64,000 nucleotides of DNA from Vicinamibacterales bacterium (GTDB lineage Bacteria > Acidobacteriota > Vicinamibacteria > Vicinamibacterales > UBA8438), in the NCBI GenBank assembly GCA_965243615.1, contig CBDEVO010000003.1, positions 5,594,471 to 5,658,470 on the forward strand. The letters are read 5' to 3'. This document shows positions 42,528 to 52,856 of this stretch, piece after piece. Position numbers and translations under genes: made by a program. Numbering within the stretch: position 1 is the stretch's first letter; each line of letters begins with the position of its first letter. The notes under the pieces are model-generated. The model was not told the origin of the DNA. It did no database searches and saw only the letters and a list, made by a program, of their open reading frames with translations.

Positions 42528-43826
42528 CTAGCGGGCGCCCAGGTCCAGGGCAACGATGCGCGCCCGGTCGCGGGCATAGAGGGTGGTCCCGACGAGGGTC
42601 GGCACCGTCCATGACCGCGTGTCGAAGAGCTGGGTGGTGGCGAGCCGCTCGAGGCCGCTCGGGCTCAGCCGGACGAGCGAGAGGTCGCCGTCCTCCTCGA
42701 GGACGATCGCCTTCCCGTCCCCGTAGACCATCGTCGCGCGGCTGAAGCCGCGCTCGCGCCACGCGGTCTCCCCCGTCTCCAGGTGGGTGGCGGTGAGAAT
42801 GGCGGCCGCGCCCTGGCCGCTCGTGCCGTAGATGAAGCCGCCGAGCCTGAGCACGTTGAGGAACGTGAACCGCAGGCGGCGATCCTCCCACAGCAGCTCC
42901 GTGTGCACGATGTCCCCATCAGGCACGAGCCGAATCGCCTGGCTGCCCCCGATGTAGCCGGACGAGAAGAAGAGCACGCCGGTCTCGGGGTCGTAGTGGG
43001 GAATCTGGAAGTTGAAGTCGTTGCCGGCGTCGTGGGGGTGGGCCCAGAGCACGGCGCCGGTCTCGGGGTCCATGCCGACCACCGCCTGGCCCGCGAAGAC
43101 CACCGCGTGGGTCCGTCCGCCGACCGGGATCAGCCCCACCGGGGCGTGCGACACGAGGAAGCTGCCGCTCCGCCAGACCACCTCGCCGTCGCTCTGCCGC
43201 AGGGCCATCACCGCCTGGCCGGGGCCGCCGACCTGCAGCAGGATCGTGTCGTTGTAGGGCGTAGGGCTCATCCCCGACCCCGGCTTGATCATCGAGCGGA
43301 TGAGCAGCGGCGGCGCCCCGAAGTCGGTGATGAGGTTCCGCGACCACAGCAGCTCGCCGGTATCGGGATCCAAGGCGTGCAGCTCCTTGTTGCTGCCGAC
43401 GGTGAAGAGGCGGCCGCCGGCGAGGAGCGGCGTCGCGTGCGGCCCCGCCCCTTGGCCGAAGTCCTGGTTCTTCGAGGCGTACTCGTACTCCCAAAGCGTC
43501 GCGCCCGTCGCCGCGTCCATGGCGATGACCGCCTCGCGCGGCGTCCACGGGGCGCGGCCGCCCTCGCCGTGAGAGACGCGGTACATGGTGAACAGCCGTC
43601 CGCCGGAGACGAGGATGGAGGAATGCCCGGCGCCCAGCGGCCGGCTCCAGAGCTCGGGCGGACCCGAGGCCGGCCAGCGCTCGGCAAGCCCGGTCGACTC
43701 GGCCGTGAAGTCGCGGTTCCGCCCCGCCCACTGGCGCCACTCCCCTTCCTGCGCACCCGCCGTCCCGGCGGCGAGGCATAGGACCGCGGCCAGGGCCAGC
43801 CGGATCGGTGTCTCGCATCTCGTCAT
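42528..43826 (-). CDS. PQQ-like/BamB-like beta-propeller repeat protein, secreted
   Basis: 432 aa from ATG 43826. It has the signal MTRCETPIRLALAAVLCLAAGTAGAQ and repeated ...G.l.a.D..tG..lW... blades. Confidence 0.8.
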   Translation of the reverse strand: MTRCETPIRLALAAVLCLAAGTAGAQEGEWRQWAGRNRDFTAESTGLAERWPASGPPELWSRPLGAGHSSILVSGGRLFTMYRVSHGEGGRAPWTPREAVIAMDAATGATLWEYEYASKNQDFGQGAGPHATPLLAGGRLFTVGSNKELHALDPDTGELLWSRNLITDFGAPPLLIRSMIKPGSGMSPTPYNDTILLQVGGPGQAVMALRQSDGEVVWRSGSFLVSHAPVGLIPVGGRTHAVVFAGQAVVGMDPETGAVLWAHPHDAGNDFNFQIPHYDPETGVLFFSSGYIGGSQAIRLVPDGDIVHTELLWEDRRLRFTFLNVLRLGGFIYGTSGQGAAAILTATHLETGETAWRERGFSRATMVYGDGKAIVLEEDGDLSLVRLSPSGLERLATTQLFDTRSWTVPTLVGTTLYARDRARIVALDLGAR

Positions 43827-44392
43827 CGCGGCGACCCCTCGCGCGTCGCAGCCGAACCGGCGGCCGCGGGCACGTCCTGCGGAAACTCCCTGCACGGCAT
43901 CGCCCAGGTCTCGCACCCGCCGACGGGACGGCCCGACCGGTAGACGAGCCGGTTGCGGGTCTCCCCCTCCGGCGTCCCCGTGGTCACCTCAATGGTCAGG
44001 GTCCCGCCGTCCGGGGTCAGCGACATCACCTCGTGCATGGTCATGTCGCCCCGCGTCCCCTCCGCCACCAGCCGCTCGCCCTCCCACCGCGACGCGACCT
44101 CCATCGTCGTGTCGCGGCCGACCGGGATGGTCAGCTCGCGTCCGGGCGTGAACGACCAGGCCTTGAGGCCGTTGGTCTCGGCGCCGACGACGATCGTGCC
44201 GTTGGCGGCATGGGTGATGAACAGGCGGCCGATGTCGTCGCCGCCGCGCCCGCCGCTGAACGCGGGGGCCGTGAAGTCGCTCGCCTCGCGGTCGAGCGTC
44301 CACATCCCCGAGAAGTCGGGACCCTGCGCGGACGCCAGCCCCGCGACCAGGAGCAGCCCCGCTACCGAACCTACGCATCTCGCACCGTTCAC
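43823..44392 (-). CDS. secreted hypothetical protein
   Basis: 189 aa with the signal MNGARCVGSVAGLLLVAGLASAQG. It has a 4-nt overlap with the downstream propeller gene. Confidence 0.55.
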   Translation of the reverse strand: MNGARCVGSVAGLLLVAGLASAQGPDFSGMWTLDREASDFTAPAFSGGRGGDDIGRLFITHAANGTIVVGAETNGLKAWSFTPGRELTIPVGRDTTMEVASRWEGERLVAEGTRGDMTMHEVMSLTPDGGTLTIEVTTGTPEGETRNRLVYRSGRPVGGCETWAMPCREFPQDVPAAAGSAATREGSPR

Positions 44393-44452
44393 GCGCGTCC
44401 TCCTCCGGCCCTCAGGTCGGTCTCGTCCCTTCGGCGCCCTTCCGCAAGCGCA

Positions 44453-44458
44453 CTATAA
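44453..44458 (+). promoter_or_regulatory. perfect TATAAT hexamer upstream of recQ (candidate -10; weak -35)
   Basis: It is the only perfect TATAAT I noticed in an intergenic region. It lies 63 nt upstream of the recQ GTG. Confidence 0.25.
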
Positions 44459-44520
44459 TCGGTGCGGCGACGAACTGGCGAGGGTTCGACCGGCGACCGG
44501 CCATCGGCCGGTGGACGGTC

Positions 44521-46461
44521 GTGCCGCCGACGACCCCGTCCGCGGGCCGCCCCGGCCCGCTCCTTGCATCCCTTTCAGGCGTGCCGATTCCGCCCGAGAC
44601 CGCCCGCCCCGCAACCCTGGAGGTCGACGAGTCGGTCCTGCTCGGGACCCTCGAGCGGTATTGGGGCTACCGCGAGTTCCGCCCCCTGCAGCGGGAAGCG
44701 ATCGCGGCCAACCTGCAGGGCCGCGACAGCGTCGTCGTGCTGCCCACGGGAGGCGGCAAGTCGCTGTGCTTCCAGATGCCGGCCCTCGTCGAGCCCCGCG
44801 GCGGGGTGGGCCTCGTCGTGTCTCCCCTCATCTCGCTGATGAAGGACCAGGTGGACGGCCTGGTGGCGAGCGGGGTGTCGGCCGGCGCCCTCAACGCCTC
44901 GATCCCGCCCGACGAACGGCGCCGGGTCTACGCCGACCTCGACGAGGGGCGGTGCCGGCTGCTGTACGTGACGCCGGAGCGCCTCGTCGGCGAGGGCGGC
45001 GAGGGCTTCCGAGCCCGGCTCCGGGCCTGGGGCGTCCGCTTCGTCGCGGTCGACGAGGCGCACTGCATCAGCCAGTGGGGGCACGAGTTCCGCCCCGAGT
45101 ACCGGCAGCTCGCCAGGGTCCGGGACGACTTCCCCGGGGCCGCCCTGCACGCGTTCACCGCAACCGCCACCCGGCGCGTGCGCGAGGACATCGTCGCGCA
45201 GCTCGCACTCCAGAATCCCGAGGTGCTCGTCGGCTCGTTCGACCGGCCCAACCTCATCTACCGGGTGCGCACCCGCACCGGCCTCAGGGACCAGATCCGC
45301 AAGGTGCTGGACCGCCACGCCGGAGAGGCGGGCATCGTCTACTGCCTCTCGCGGCGGGAGGTGGAGTCACTTGCGGAATGGCTGGAAAGGCAGGGCCATC
45401 GCGCCCGCCCGTATCACGCCGGCCTGGCCGACGAAACGCGGCGGCGGCACCAGGAGGAGTTCCTCCAGGAGCGCGTGGACGTCATGGTCGCGACGGTGGC
45501 CTTCGGCATGGGCATCGATCGCTCGAACATCCGCTTCGTCATTCACGCCGGCTCGCCGCGGTCGCTCGAGCACTACCAGCAGGAATCGGGCCGCGCGGGG
45601 CGGGACGGCCTCGAGGCGGAGTGCATCCTGTTCTACTCGGGCGCCGACTTCGCGCGATGGCGGCAGATGCTCGAGCAGAGCGGGGAGCTGACGGACACCG
45701 CGCGGCGGCTGCTGAACGGCATGTCGCGGTACGCCGCCGGCACCCGCTGCCGGCACCGCACCCTCGTCGAGTACTTCGACCAGCCCTACGAGCGCGATGC
45801 CTGCGGCGCGTGCGACTGGTGCCTCAGGGAGCTCGAGCGGGTGGACGACGAGCGAGTCCTCTGCCAGAAGATCCTGTCGGCGGTGGCCCGCCTCGGCCAG
45901 CGGTGGGGCGTCGGCCACGTCATCGACGTGCTGCGCGGGCGGACCACCGACGCCGTGGGCCGGGCCCGCCATCAGGCGCTGAGCACGTTCGGCCTGCTCG
46001 CCGACGTCCCCATCGCCGAGCTGCGCGGCTATCTCGACCAGCTCACCGAGCAGGAGCTGCTGCTGCGCACGGCCGGCCAATTCCCCGTTCTCCAGCTCAC
46101 GGACCGCGGGGTGGCGGCCCTGAAGGGCCAGACCGAGGTGGAGCTCTACCGCCAGCCGCGGCCCGCCCCCGGCCAGCGTGCGTCCCGGCCCGCGGTCGAC
46201 CCGGCGGCGTGGGACGGGGTCGATCGCGAGCTGTTCGAAGCGCTGCGGCAGTGCCGCCTCGAGGTCGCGCGGGCCCGCGGCGTCCCGCCCTACGTCGTCT
46301 TCCACGACAACACGCTACGCGACCTCGCGCGGCGGCGGCCGACCACGCCGGAAGAGTTGCTGCAGGTCTACGGCATCGGCGCCCGGAAGGCCGAGGACCT
46401 CGGGCCCATCGTGCTCGACGTGATCCGGCAGCATCGCGGGGAGCCCGCCGACCCCGTATGA
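44521..46461 (+). CDS. recQ: ATP-dependent DNA helicase RecQ
   Basis: Motifs FRPLQREAI, LPTGGGKSLCFQ, DEAHCISQWGHEFRPEY, the Zn-finger Cys cluster CRHRTLVEYF...CGACDWC, and an HRDC-like C-terminus. The exact start is uncertain. Confidence 0.92.
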   Translation: MPPTTPSAGRPGPLLASLSGVPIPPETARPATLEVDESVLLGTLERYWGYREFRPLQREAIAANLQGRDSVVVLPTGGGKSLCFQMPALVEPRGGVGLVVSPLISLMKDQVDGLVASGVSAGALNASIPPDERRRVYADLDEGRCRLLYVTPERLVGEGGEGFRARLRAWGVRFVAVDEAHCISQWGHEFRPEYRQLARVRDDFPGAALHAFTATATRRVREDIVAQLALQNPEVLVGSFDRPNLIYRVRTRTGLRDQIRKVLDRHAGEAGIVYCLSRREVESLAEWLERQGHRARPYHAGLADETRRRHQEEFLQERVDVMVATVAFGMGIDRSNIRFVIHAGSPRSLEHYQQESGRAGRDGLEAECILFYSGADFARWRQMLEQSGELTDTARRLLNGMSRYAAGTRCRHRTLVEYFDQPYERDACGACDWCLRELERVDDERVLCQKILSAVARLGQRWGVGHVIDVLRGRTTDAVGRARHQALSTFGLLADVPIAELRGYLDQLTEQELLLRTAGQFPVLQLTDRGVAALKGQTEVELYRQPRPAPGQRASRPAVDPAAWDGVDRELFEALRQCRLEVARARGVPPYVVFHDNTLRDLARRRPTTPEELLQVYGIGARKAEDLGPIVLDVIRQHRGEPADPV

Positions 46462-46521
46462 GGCCGATCGCGGCGCCCCCTGGCCGCCAAGGCAGAGCCG
46501 CAGGCGACGATTGGCGGGCGA

Positions 46522-46552
46522 GGAGTCTGCGCCGTGGAACGGCGCGGACTCC
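46522..46552. repeat. palindromic intergenic repeat, copy 2 (GGAGTCTGCGCC-GTGGAAC-GGCGCGGACTCC)
   Basis: A 12-bp stem with one G-U pair. It lies between the convergent recQ and ompA-like genes. Confidence 0.6.
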
Positions 46553-46625
46553 TGGAGAGCTGGAAGGCGGAACCGCGACGCAAGCGGGAGACGGGGCTCG
46601 TCGGCCTCGTCCCCACGCGCTGCGA

Positions 46626-47294
46626 TCACGTCCGCACGCGGATGACCACGCGGCGGTTCTGGGCCCGCCCCTGGGCGGTGTCGTTCGGCGCCGCGGGACG
46701 CTCCTCCCCGTAGCTGTACACGCTCATCTTGTGGAGCGGCACGTTGTGCTGCTCGTAGAGGTACCGCTGCACCGCCTCGGCCCGGCGCATGCCCAGCCCG
46801 AGGTTGAAGTTGGCGCCGCCGATGTTATCGGTGTGCCCCTCGATCTCGATGAACTCGTTCTGGCCGTCGGCGGCGAGCTGACCGATCAACTGGTCGATCC
46901 TGGCCCGCGCCGCATCCGGCAGGTCGTCCTGGCCGATGGCGAAGTTCCCCTGGTCCTCGCTCAGGGTGACCTCGAGGATCAGACGGCCGGCCGCCGCCGC
47001 CATCTCGTCGACGCGGACGCCGACCTCCCCCCCCGCCGCCGCCGCTCCGTCCGCCGACGCCTGCGCCATCTGGGCCGACTGACCGGCCGCCATCGCACGC
47101 TGGTCGACCTCACCGATGCGCTCCTCGTTCTGGAGGGCCCGCTCCTGGGCCTCCTCGACCGATACCGCCACCGAATCGATCTTGGCATCGACGACGGCGG
47201 TCTCGGTGCGTACGAAACCCCGGGTCGCGCAGGCCGGCGCCACCAGCGCGACAAGCGCCGCCAACGTCACCACCTTCAACATCGTCACTCGCAT
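46626..47294 (-). CDS. OmpA-family (Pal-like) lipoprotein
   Basis: 222 aa from ATG 47294. It has the lipobox LVAPACAT and the C-terminal OmpA motif GHTDNIGGANFNLGLGMRRAEAVQRYL...NRRVVI. Confidence 0.85.
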   Translation of the reverse strand: MRVTMLKVVTLAALVALVAPACATRGFVRTETAVVDAKIDSVAVSVEEAQERALQNEERIGEVDQRAMAAGQSAQMAQASADGAAAAGGEVGVRVDEMAAAAGRLILEVTLSEDQGNFAIGQDDLPDAARARIDQLIGQLAADGQNEFIEIEGHTDNIGGANFNLGLGMRRAEAVQRYLYEQHNVPLHKMSVYSYGEERPAAPNDTAQGRAQNRRVVIRVRT

Positions 47295-48271
47295 GGTCTC
47301 TCCCTCGCTGCAGGTCGTCTGTCCAGTTTTGCCCTTCCCGCCACGTACCCGCGGCGGGCATTCACCGCCAGCCGATCGTCCAACGTCTGAAGCTCTATGG
47401 GGTGCCACCCCCGCCGAAAGCCGGGCCTGAACGTCACCACGTACTGGTAGCGCAGCCCCGGCAGCAACTCTCCCACGGCTTCAAGCATATCCTCTTCGGT
47501 GCCGGTCGCGCGTACGCTCCCTCCGGTCCAGCTCGCGAGGTCCGCGAGGGTGGCCGACAGCGCGGCGCTGTCGGACCCGCCCGCGCCCCCCGGCCCGTCG
47601 CGCCGGTCCAGGGCGCCGCCGACGGTGAGCAGATGCACCTGCACGGCGATGGCGCTCGCGGCCCCCGAAACTTCTTCCACCGTGCGACGGCTCCCGGTGT
47701 CCACGCCATCGGTCACCACGAGCAGTGCGCCATGTCGCTCGCCGCTCGTGCCCACGAGGGTCGCGGTGTCGGCCACCGCGTCATAGAGCGACGTCCTGCC
47801 GTACGGCCGCTCCGTCAGCTCCACCGCGTCGAACCGCCCCAGGTCCCGCGTGAACGGCACGATCTCCCGCAACGCGCTGTCGAAGGTGAAGAGCGCCGCC
47901 TCGTCCCGACCCGACTGCAGCGCGCCGACGAGGGTCCTCACCGCCCTCCGGGCGCGGGTGATGTTGCCGTCGATCGCCATGCTGCCGCTCATGTCGAGCA
48001 GCACGGCGATGCGAAGCGGCGCATCGCTCTCGAAGACGCTGCGGATGGGACGTCCGAACCCGCTGTCGATGAGGCGGAAATCCCGGCACGCCAGCCCCCG
48101 CACGATGCGCCCCCGGGGGTCGCGCACCGAGACGTTGACGGTCACCATGTCGACGCCGGAGCTGAATACCGGGGCCGCGTCGCGCGTCACCGGGCCGACC
48201 GGGCGCTGGCCGGCCAAGGCCGGGGCCGACAGCAACAGCAGGCCGAGGATGGAGAGCTTCACGCCGGACAT
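47285..48271 (-). CDS. VWA domain protein (acidobacterial VWFA-related type)
   Basis: 328 aa from ATG 48271, with a signal peptide. The MIDAS-like segment is AVLLDMSGSM...TSLYDAV...LLVVTDGVDT. Confidence 0.85.
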   Translation of the reverse strand: MSGVKLSILGLLLLSAPALAGQRPVGPVTRDAAPVFSSGVDMVTVNVSVRDPRGRIVRGLACRDFRLIDSGFGRPIRSVFESDAPLRIAVLLDMSGSMAIDGNITRARRAVRTLVGALQSGRDEAALFTFDSALREIVPFTRDLGRFDAVELTERPYGRTSLYDAVADTATLVGTSGERHGALLVVTDGVDTGSRRTVEEVSGAASAIAVQVHLLTVGGALDRRDGPGGAGGSDSAALSATLADLASWTGGSVRATGTEEDMLEAVGELLPGLRYQYVVTFRPGFRRGWHPIELQTLDDRLAVNARRGYVAGRAKLDRRPAARERPCE

Positions 48272-48328
48272 GTGCGCAACCGGTTCAGGAAGACGCCGCG
48301 GCCACCGCGCCCGCAACGCTCGCCTACG

Positions 48329-48357
48329 ATTCTACGGGTTTTTGCGCCGGTTGTGCA
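48329..48357 (-). promoter_or_regulatory. candidate promoter of VWA-OmpA operon (TGCACA - 17 nt - TAGAAT)
   Basis: Hexamers read on the minus strand. The -10 lies 58 nt upstream of ATG 48271. Confidence 0.3.
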
Positions 48358-48507
48358 CGTCCCGCGCGGTCCGCGGGCCGGGGACGGCGGAGAGGCAGCC
48401 GGGCCGTCAGGCGGGAACCACCAGGTCCGGACGGGGAGGCCGCGGCGCCTCCATCGACCGCGGGATCGGGCGGCAGGTGTCACCGGGCGGCGCAAGGCGC
48501 GGGAACG

Positions 48508-49239
48508 TCAGACAGGTGCGGCCGGGTCCAGGAACCGCGCCGTCTCGCGGGCCGCCGCGCGGACCGCCGGGGGAATCGCGCACGGCGCGATGTCGCCGGC
48601 CGCTCCGTACACGTCCAGGCGCCGGAGCTCCGCCACCAACCGTGCCGCGAAGTCGGCCCGGCTCCGGTCCAGGTGCTCGAGAAGCGATCCGCCGGGGGGA
48701 CACCCCCGCACCCGCACGCCGGGATGCTGGCCGGCGAAGGTCGCGAGGCAACGCCGCATCGCGAACGCCTTGGCCACCAGCAGCGCGGACCGCGGTCCGT
48801 GTCCCGCCGCCTCGAGAACGGTCATGCCGAACCGCACGTTCTCGAGGGTGTTGCCGGCGTCGACCTCGGTGACGACGGCCGAGGCGGGCACGCCCCGGCG
48901 CACCAGCTCGTCCTTGAAGACGAGTGCCTCCGGCCTGTCGAAGACGTGCTCGGTCATCGGGCCGGCCCGTCCCGACACGAGCACGCGCGGCGCCCATCCC
49001 GCCGCGAAGAGTTGCGCCGCCCGGCGGGGCACCTCGAGTCCCCGGCTGCCGAACACGAAGATGACGTCGCTCTGCGCCGGCGGCTCGCTCGGGCACAGGT
49101 AGGCCCAGATCGGCCGCAGCAGCCGTTCGTACTCGTCCACGTCGAGGCTCTCGATCCGCACCGCCCGTACGCTATGATGCCTGAACGACCTTCGACGGCT
49201 CGCAATCCACACCCGCCGAAACCATGCCCGCGTCGCCAC
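48508..49239 (-). CDS. YdcF/DUF218 family protein
   Basis: Motifs SDVIFVFGSRG...RVLVSGR...AGNTLENV... are typical of DUF218. The annotated GTG start overlaps the divergent amidase start by 16 nt, so the true start is probably an internal GTG near 49161. Confidence 0.7.
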   Translation of the reverse strand: MATRAWFRRVWIASRRRSFRHHSVRAVRIESLDVDEYERLLRPIWAYLCPSEPPAQSDVIFVFGSRGLEVPRRAAQLFAAGWAPRVLVSGRAGPMTEHVFDRPEALVFKDELVRRGVPASAVVTEVDAGNTLENVRFGMTVLEAAGHGPRSALLVAKAFAMRRCLATFAGQHPGVRVRGCPPGGSLLEHLDRSRADFAARLVAELRRLDVYGAAGDIAPCAIPPAVRAAARETARFLDPAAPV

Positions 49240-50885
49240 GCGCCCTGTCCCCGGTCGAGCGACGGACGGCCGTCCGGGCGAGGCGTGCGCGCCGCATCGG
49301 ATGGGTGCTGGGCATTCTGCTCGCCACCGCCCTGACGGGCGGCGGTCAGCCCGTCCCCGACGGCCTGACGGTCATCTCGCGCGACGGCCGGCGAACCCTG
49401 CCCACGGTCGACGTCGGCGGCCGCACCATGGTCGCGTTGTCCGAGCTCATCGGACCCTTCGGCCTTCGCCTGGGGGACGACCGGCAGCCCGGGCGCCTGA
49501 CGCTCGTGCGGGGAGCGGCGGTGATGGTGCTGACGGCGGGAGACGGGATCGTGTCGGTGGCGGGGCGCCTCGAGTCGCTGAGCTCCCCCCCGGTGGAGCA
49601 GGGAGGCGTCTGGTACGTGCCGACCGACTTCATCGGCCGGGCACTCCCCCTCATCTCGGATCAACCGGTCGAGCTGAGGTCCCGCTCGGGGCTGGTGATC
49701 GTCGGCGACGTGCGCGTCCCGCAGGTGGTGGCCCGCTATCAGCGCATCGGGCGGCGGTCGCGGCTGCGCCTCATGGTGACCCCGAACGTCGAACCCCGCA
49801 TCGAACGGGCGGCCGGTCGGCTCCTCGTCACCTTCGAGGCCGATGCCGTGGACCTCGTCATGCGCGACTTCGCGCCCGACGATCTGCTCCGGCGGGTGAC
49901 GGTCGACGACCGCCGCGCCCGGCTCGAGGTCGTGGTGGGCGACGCTTTCGGCAGCTTCGCCGCCAACAGCTCGCCCGCGCTCGGCGGCAGCCTGGAGGTG
50001 GCCATCGACCTCGGACCGGCGGCGGAGGCCCGCGCCGCCCCCCCGCCGGCGCCGGACCCGCGCCCCGTCGTGGAGACGGAAGCGGGTTTCGAAGTGGAGG
50101 ATGCCGGGCTGCCGGCGCTTGCGGATTTCGCGGAGCCGTCGACGGTCAGCGCCATCGCCATCGATGCGGGACACGGCGGGGCCGATGTGGGGACCCTCGG
50201 TCCCGAGGGCACGCTGGAGAAGGACGTCACCCTCGGCGTGGCCCGTCGGCTGCAGGCCGCCATCCAGCGACGGCTCGGGCTGCGCGTCGTCCTGACCCGC
50301 TCCGGCGACGTCGACGTGACCCTCGACGAGCGCGCGGCCATCGCCAACAACAACCGCGCCGACCTGTTCATCAGCCTTCACGCCAACGCGTCGATGCGGG
50401 AGACCGCGACCGGGGCCGAGGTCTTCCATCTCAGTCCCGTCGAGTACGAGGATCCGGGCGACGCGCGGCCCGGGGGCGAATGGGTGCCGGTGGTGAGCGG
50501 CGGCGCGCGGCGGCTCGACATCGTGCCCTGGGAACGGGCTCAGCTCCGTTTCGTCGACCGGTCCGCGGTCTGGGCGCGGACGCTGGCCGAGGAGTTGCGC
50601 GCCCGGGTGCCGATGAGCCCGCGGGGCGTCCAGCACGCGCCGCTCCGGGTGCTGGTGGGAGCCAACATGCCGGCGGCCCTGGTGGAGATGGGATTCATCT
50701 CGAATCCCGGGCAGGAGGTCCAGCTCGCCTCCCCCGCGTTTCAGGACGCCTTCGTCGACGCGGTGCTGCAGAGCATCATCCGTTTCCGCGACATGGTCGA
50801 GCAGGGCTTCCCCGAGGAAGACGATCCGCTCGTCGAGGACCCGCCCGCGGACGGCCCGGCGGAACCCCGGGGGCCGCGGCCGTGA
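49224..50885 (+). CDS. N-acetylmuramoyl-L-alanine amidase (Amidase_3) with N-terminal anchor/targeting domains
   Basis: The catalytic block is IAIDAGHGGADVG...EKDVTLGVARRL...DERAAIANNNRADLFISLHANAS...ALVEMGFISN. Confidence 0.85.
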   Translation: MPASPRALSPVERRTAVRARRARRIGWVLGILLATALTGGGQPVPDGLTVISRDGRRTLPTVDVGGRTMVALSELIGPFGLRLGDDRQPGRLTLVRGAAVMVLTAGDGIVSVAGRLESLSSPPVEQGGVWYVPTDFIGRALPLISDQPVELRSRSGLVIVGDVRVPQVVARYQRIGRRSRLRLMVTPNVEPRIERAAGRLLVTFEADAVDLVMRDFAPDDLLRRVTVDDRRARLEVVVGDAFGSFAANSSPALGGSLEVAIDLGPAAEARAAPPPAPDPRPVVETEAGFEVEDAGLPALADFAEPSTVSAIAIDAGHGGADVGTLGPEGTLEKDVTLGVARRLQAAIQRRLGLRVVLTRSGDVDVTLDERAAIANNNRADLFISLHANASMRETATGAEVFHLSPVEYEDPGDARPGGEWVPVVSGGARRLDIVPWERAQLRFVDRSAVWARTLAEELRARVPMSPRGVQHAPLRVLVGANMPAALVEMGFISNPGQEVQLASPAFQDAFVDAVLQSIIRFRDMVEQGFPEEDDPLVEDPPADGPAEPRGPRP

Positions 50886-51511
50886 GCGGTCGGGGCTGGC
50901 CGGCTCGAATCGTGTTCGCGGCCGTCGCGCTCGGTGGGGCCTGGGTGATCTTCGTCGGGCTTCCCCGCTGGTATCCCGCCGAGGGCCCGGCGGTCTCGAC
51001 CGGTGGCGAGAACAGGTCCGCGGGGGGCGCGCAGACGGTCTCGACGCTGTACTACGTTTCCGGCGACGGCATGCGGCTCGTCGGCGTGCCGCGCCAACTG
51101 GCGCGCCGGGCGAACGCCACCGCCCAGGCCCGCGCCATTCTCGAGCAGCAGCTCGCGGATCCGCCGGCGCCGCTGACCTCGGCCATCCCGCCCGGCACCC
51201 GCCTGCGCGCGGTCTATCTCACCGGCGACGGCGACGCGTTCGTCGACCTCACCGAGGAGGTCGCCCTCGGCCATTCCGGCGGGTCGCGGGAGGAGCTGTT
51301 CACGGTGTACGCCATCGTGAACGCACTGGCCACGAACCTCGCGGCCGTCGACGCCGTGCAGATTCTGGTCGACGGCGTCGAGGTCGACACGCTGGTCGGC
51401 CACGTGGACCTGCAACGTCCCCTGAGACAGAACCTCGACCTGCTGGAAGCCCCCAGCGATGACTGGATGCCGGCCGACGATGCGCCGGCCGACCCGGATC
51501 GTTCGTCATGA
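50882..51511 (+). CDS. GerMN domain protein
   Basis: GTG start with a GTGA overlap, followed by a TM anchor. The [19 protein letters not shown]...[23 protein letters not shown]...[15 protein letters not shown] pattern resembles GerM N-terminal repeats. Confidence 0.7.
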   Translation: MSGRGWPARIVFAAVALGGAWVIFVGLPRWYPAEGPAVSTGGENRSAGGAQTVSTLYYVSGDGMRLVGVPRQLARRANATAQARAILEQQLADPPAPLTSAIPPGTRLRAVYLTGDGDAFVDLTEEVALGHSGGSREELFTVYAIVNALATNLAAVDAVQILVDGVEVDTLVGHVDLQRPLRQNLDLLEAPSDDWMPADDAPADPDRSS

Positions 51512-52245
51512 TCGCAACCGCCCGCGGCGATGCCCGGCCCCCGGACGAGCTTCGTCCCACTCGCCTCACCCCGCACTATCTCGAACACCCCGAGGGGTCC
51601 GTCCTCATCGAGGCCGGACGTACCCGGGTCATCTGCACCGCGAGCGTCGAGGACAAGGTGCCGGTGTTCCTCCGCGGCGCCGGCAAGGGCTGGGTGACGG
51701 CCGAGTACGGGATGCTGCCGCGCGCCACGTCCACGCGCACCGCCCGCGAGGCGAGCCGGGGACGGCCGAGCGGCCGCACCCAGGAGATTCAACGGCTGAT
51801 CGGCCGCTCGCTGCGCGCGGTCACGCGCCTCGAGGCGCTCGGAGAGCGCACCGTCTGGATCGACTGCGACGTCATCCAGGCGGACGGAGGCACCCGCACC
51901 GCGTCGATCACCGGGGGCTTCGTGGCCCTCGCCTTCGCGCTGCGCCGGCTCCACGAGCGCGGCGCGATCGCGCGCATGCCCCTGACCGACCACGTCGCCG
52001 CGACCAGCGTCGGGGTCGTCGGCGGCAGCCCCCTCCTCGACCTCGCCTACGAGGAGGACTCGAACGCGGAAGTCGACATGAACGTGGTCATGACCGGGGA
52101 CGGCCGCTTCATCGAGGTGCAGGGAACGGCCGAGGGCGCGCCTTTCTCCCGCGCGTCGCACGACGCCCTGCTCGCGTTGGCCGAGACCGGCATCCGACGC
52201 CTCGTCGAGATGCAGCGCGAGCTGGTCGGGGCCCTGACCGCGTGA
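51508..52245 (+). CDS. rph: ribonuclease PH
   Basis: Motifs RPDGR-like [36 protein letters not shown] and [16 protein letters not shown]. Confidence 0.95.
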   Translation: MIATARGDARPPDELRPTRLTPHYLEHPEGSVLIEAGRTRVICTASVEDKVPVFLRGAGKGWVTAEYGMLPRATSTRTAREASRGRPSGRTQEIQRLIGRSLRAVTRLEALGERTVWIDCDVIQADGGTRTASITGGFVALAFALRRLHERGAIARMPLTDHVAATSVGVVGGSPLLDLAYEEDSNAEVDMNVVMTGDGRFIEVQGTAEGAPFSRASHDALLALAETGIRRLVEMQRELVGALTA

Positions 52246-52856
52246 CCGGCGCCGCGCCGCCGCGGTTGCTCGTGGCCACCACCAACCGCGGCAAGCTCGC
52301 CGAGATCCGGGACATCCTCGGCGGTACGCCGACCACCCTCGCCACTCTCGACGACCATCCCGGAATCGCGGAGCCGGAGGAGACCGGGACGACGTTCGCC
52401 GCCAACGCCCGCCTGAAGGCGCGCTACTACGCGGGGGCGACCGGCGAGCTCACCGTCGCCGAGGACTCGGGGCTCGAGATCGACGCGCTAGACGGGGAGC
52501 CGGGAGTGCGCTCGGCGAGATTCAACGGGGAGTCCTACGCGGACAAGTTCGCGGCCATCAGGCGCATGCTCGCCGAACGGGGCGCCGGCGGCAGCACCGC
52601 CCGCTTCGTGTGCGCGCTCGCCGTCGCGCGCCCCGGCGCCGTTCTCTGGGAGGCCGCGGGCGTCGTCGAGGGCCGCGTGCAACTGCCTCCCCGCGGCGAA
52701 GGGGGCTTCGGATACGACCCCATCTTCCACTACCCCCCCTACGGCCGCACGCTGGCCGAGGTGACCCCGGACGAGAAGGCCGCCGTCAGCCATCGGGGGC
52801 GGGCGTTCCGACAGCTTCGCCGCCATCTGACCGCGGGTGAGGCAGCTCGATGGTGA
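52242..52856 (+). CDS. rdgB: non-canonical purine NTP pyrophosphatase (RdgB/HAM1)
   Basis: GTG start with a GTGA overlap. Motifs [43 protein letters not shown] and SHRGRA. Confidence 0.9.
   Translation: MTGAAPPRLLVATTNRGKLAEIRDILGGTPTTLATLDDHPGIAEPEETGTTFAANARLKARYYAGATGELTVAEDSGLEIDALDGEPGVRSARFNGESYADKFAAIRRMLAERGAGGSTARFVCALAVARPGAVLWEAAGVVEGRVQLPPRGEGGFGYDPIFHYPPYGRTLAEVTPDEKAAVSHRGRAFRQLRRHLTAGEAARW

Noticed and set aside
43953-47390. 1145-aa + strand ORF
   Set aside because: It crosses three real genes in wrong frames or strands (a secreted protein, recQ in another frame and ompA antisense). It has no motifs.
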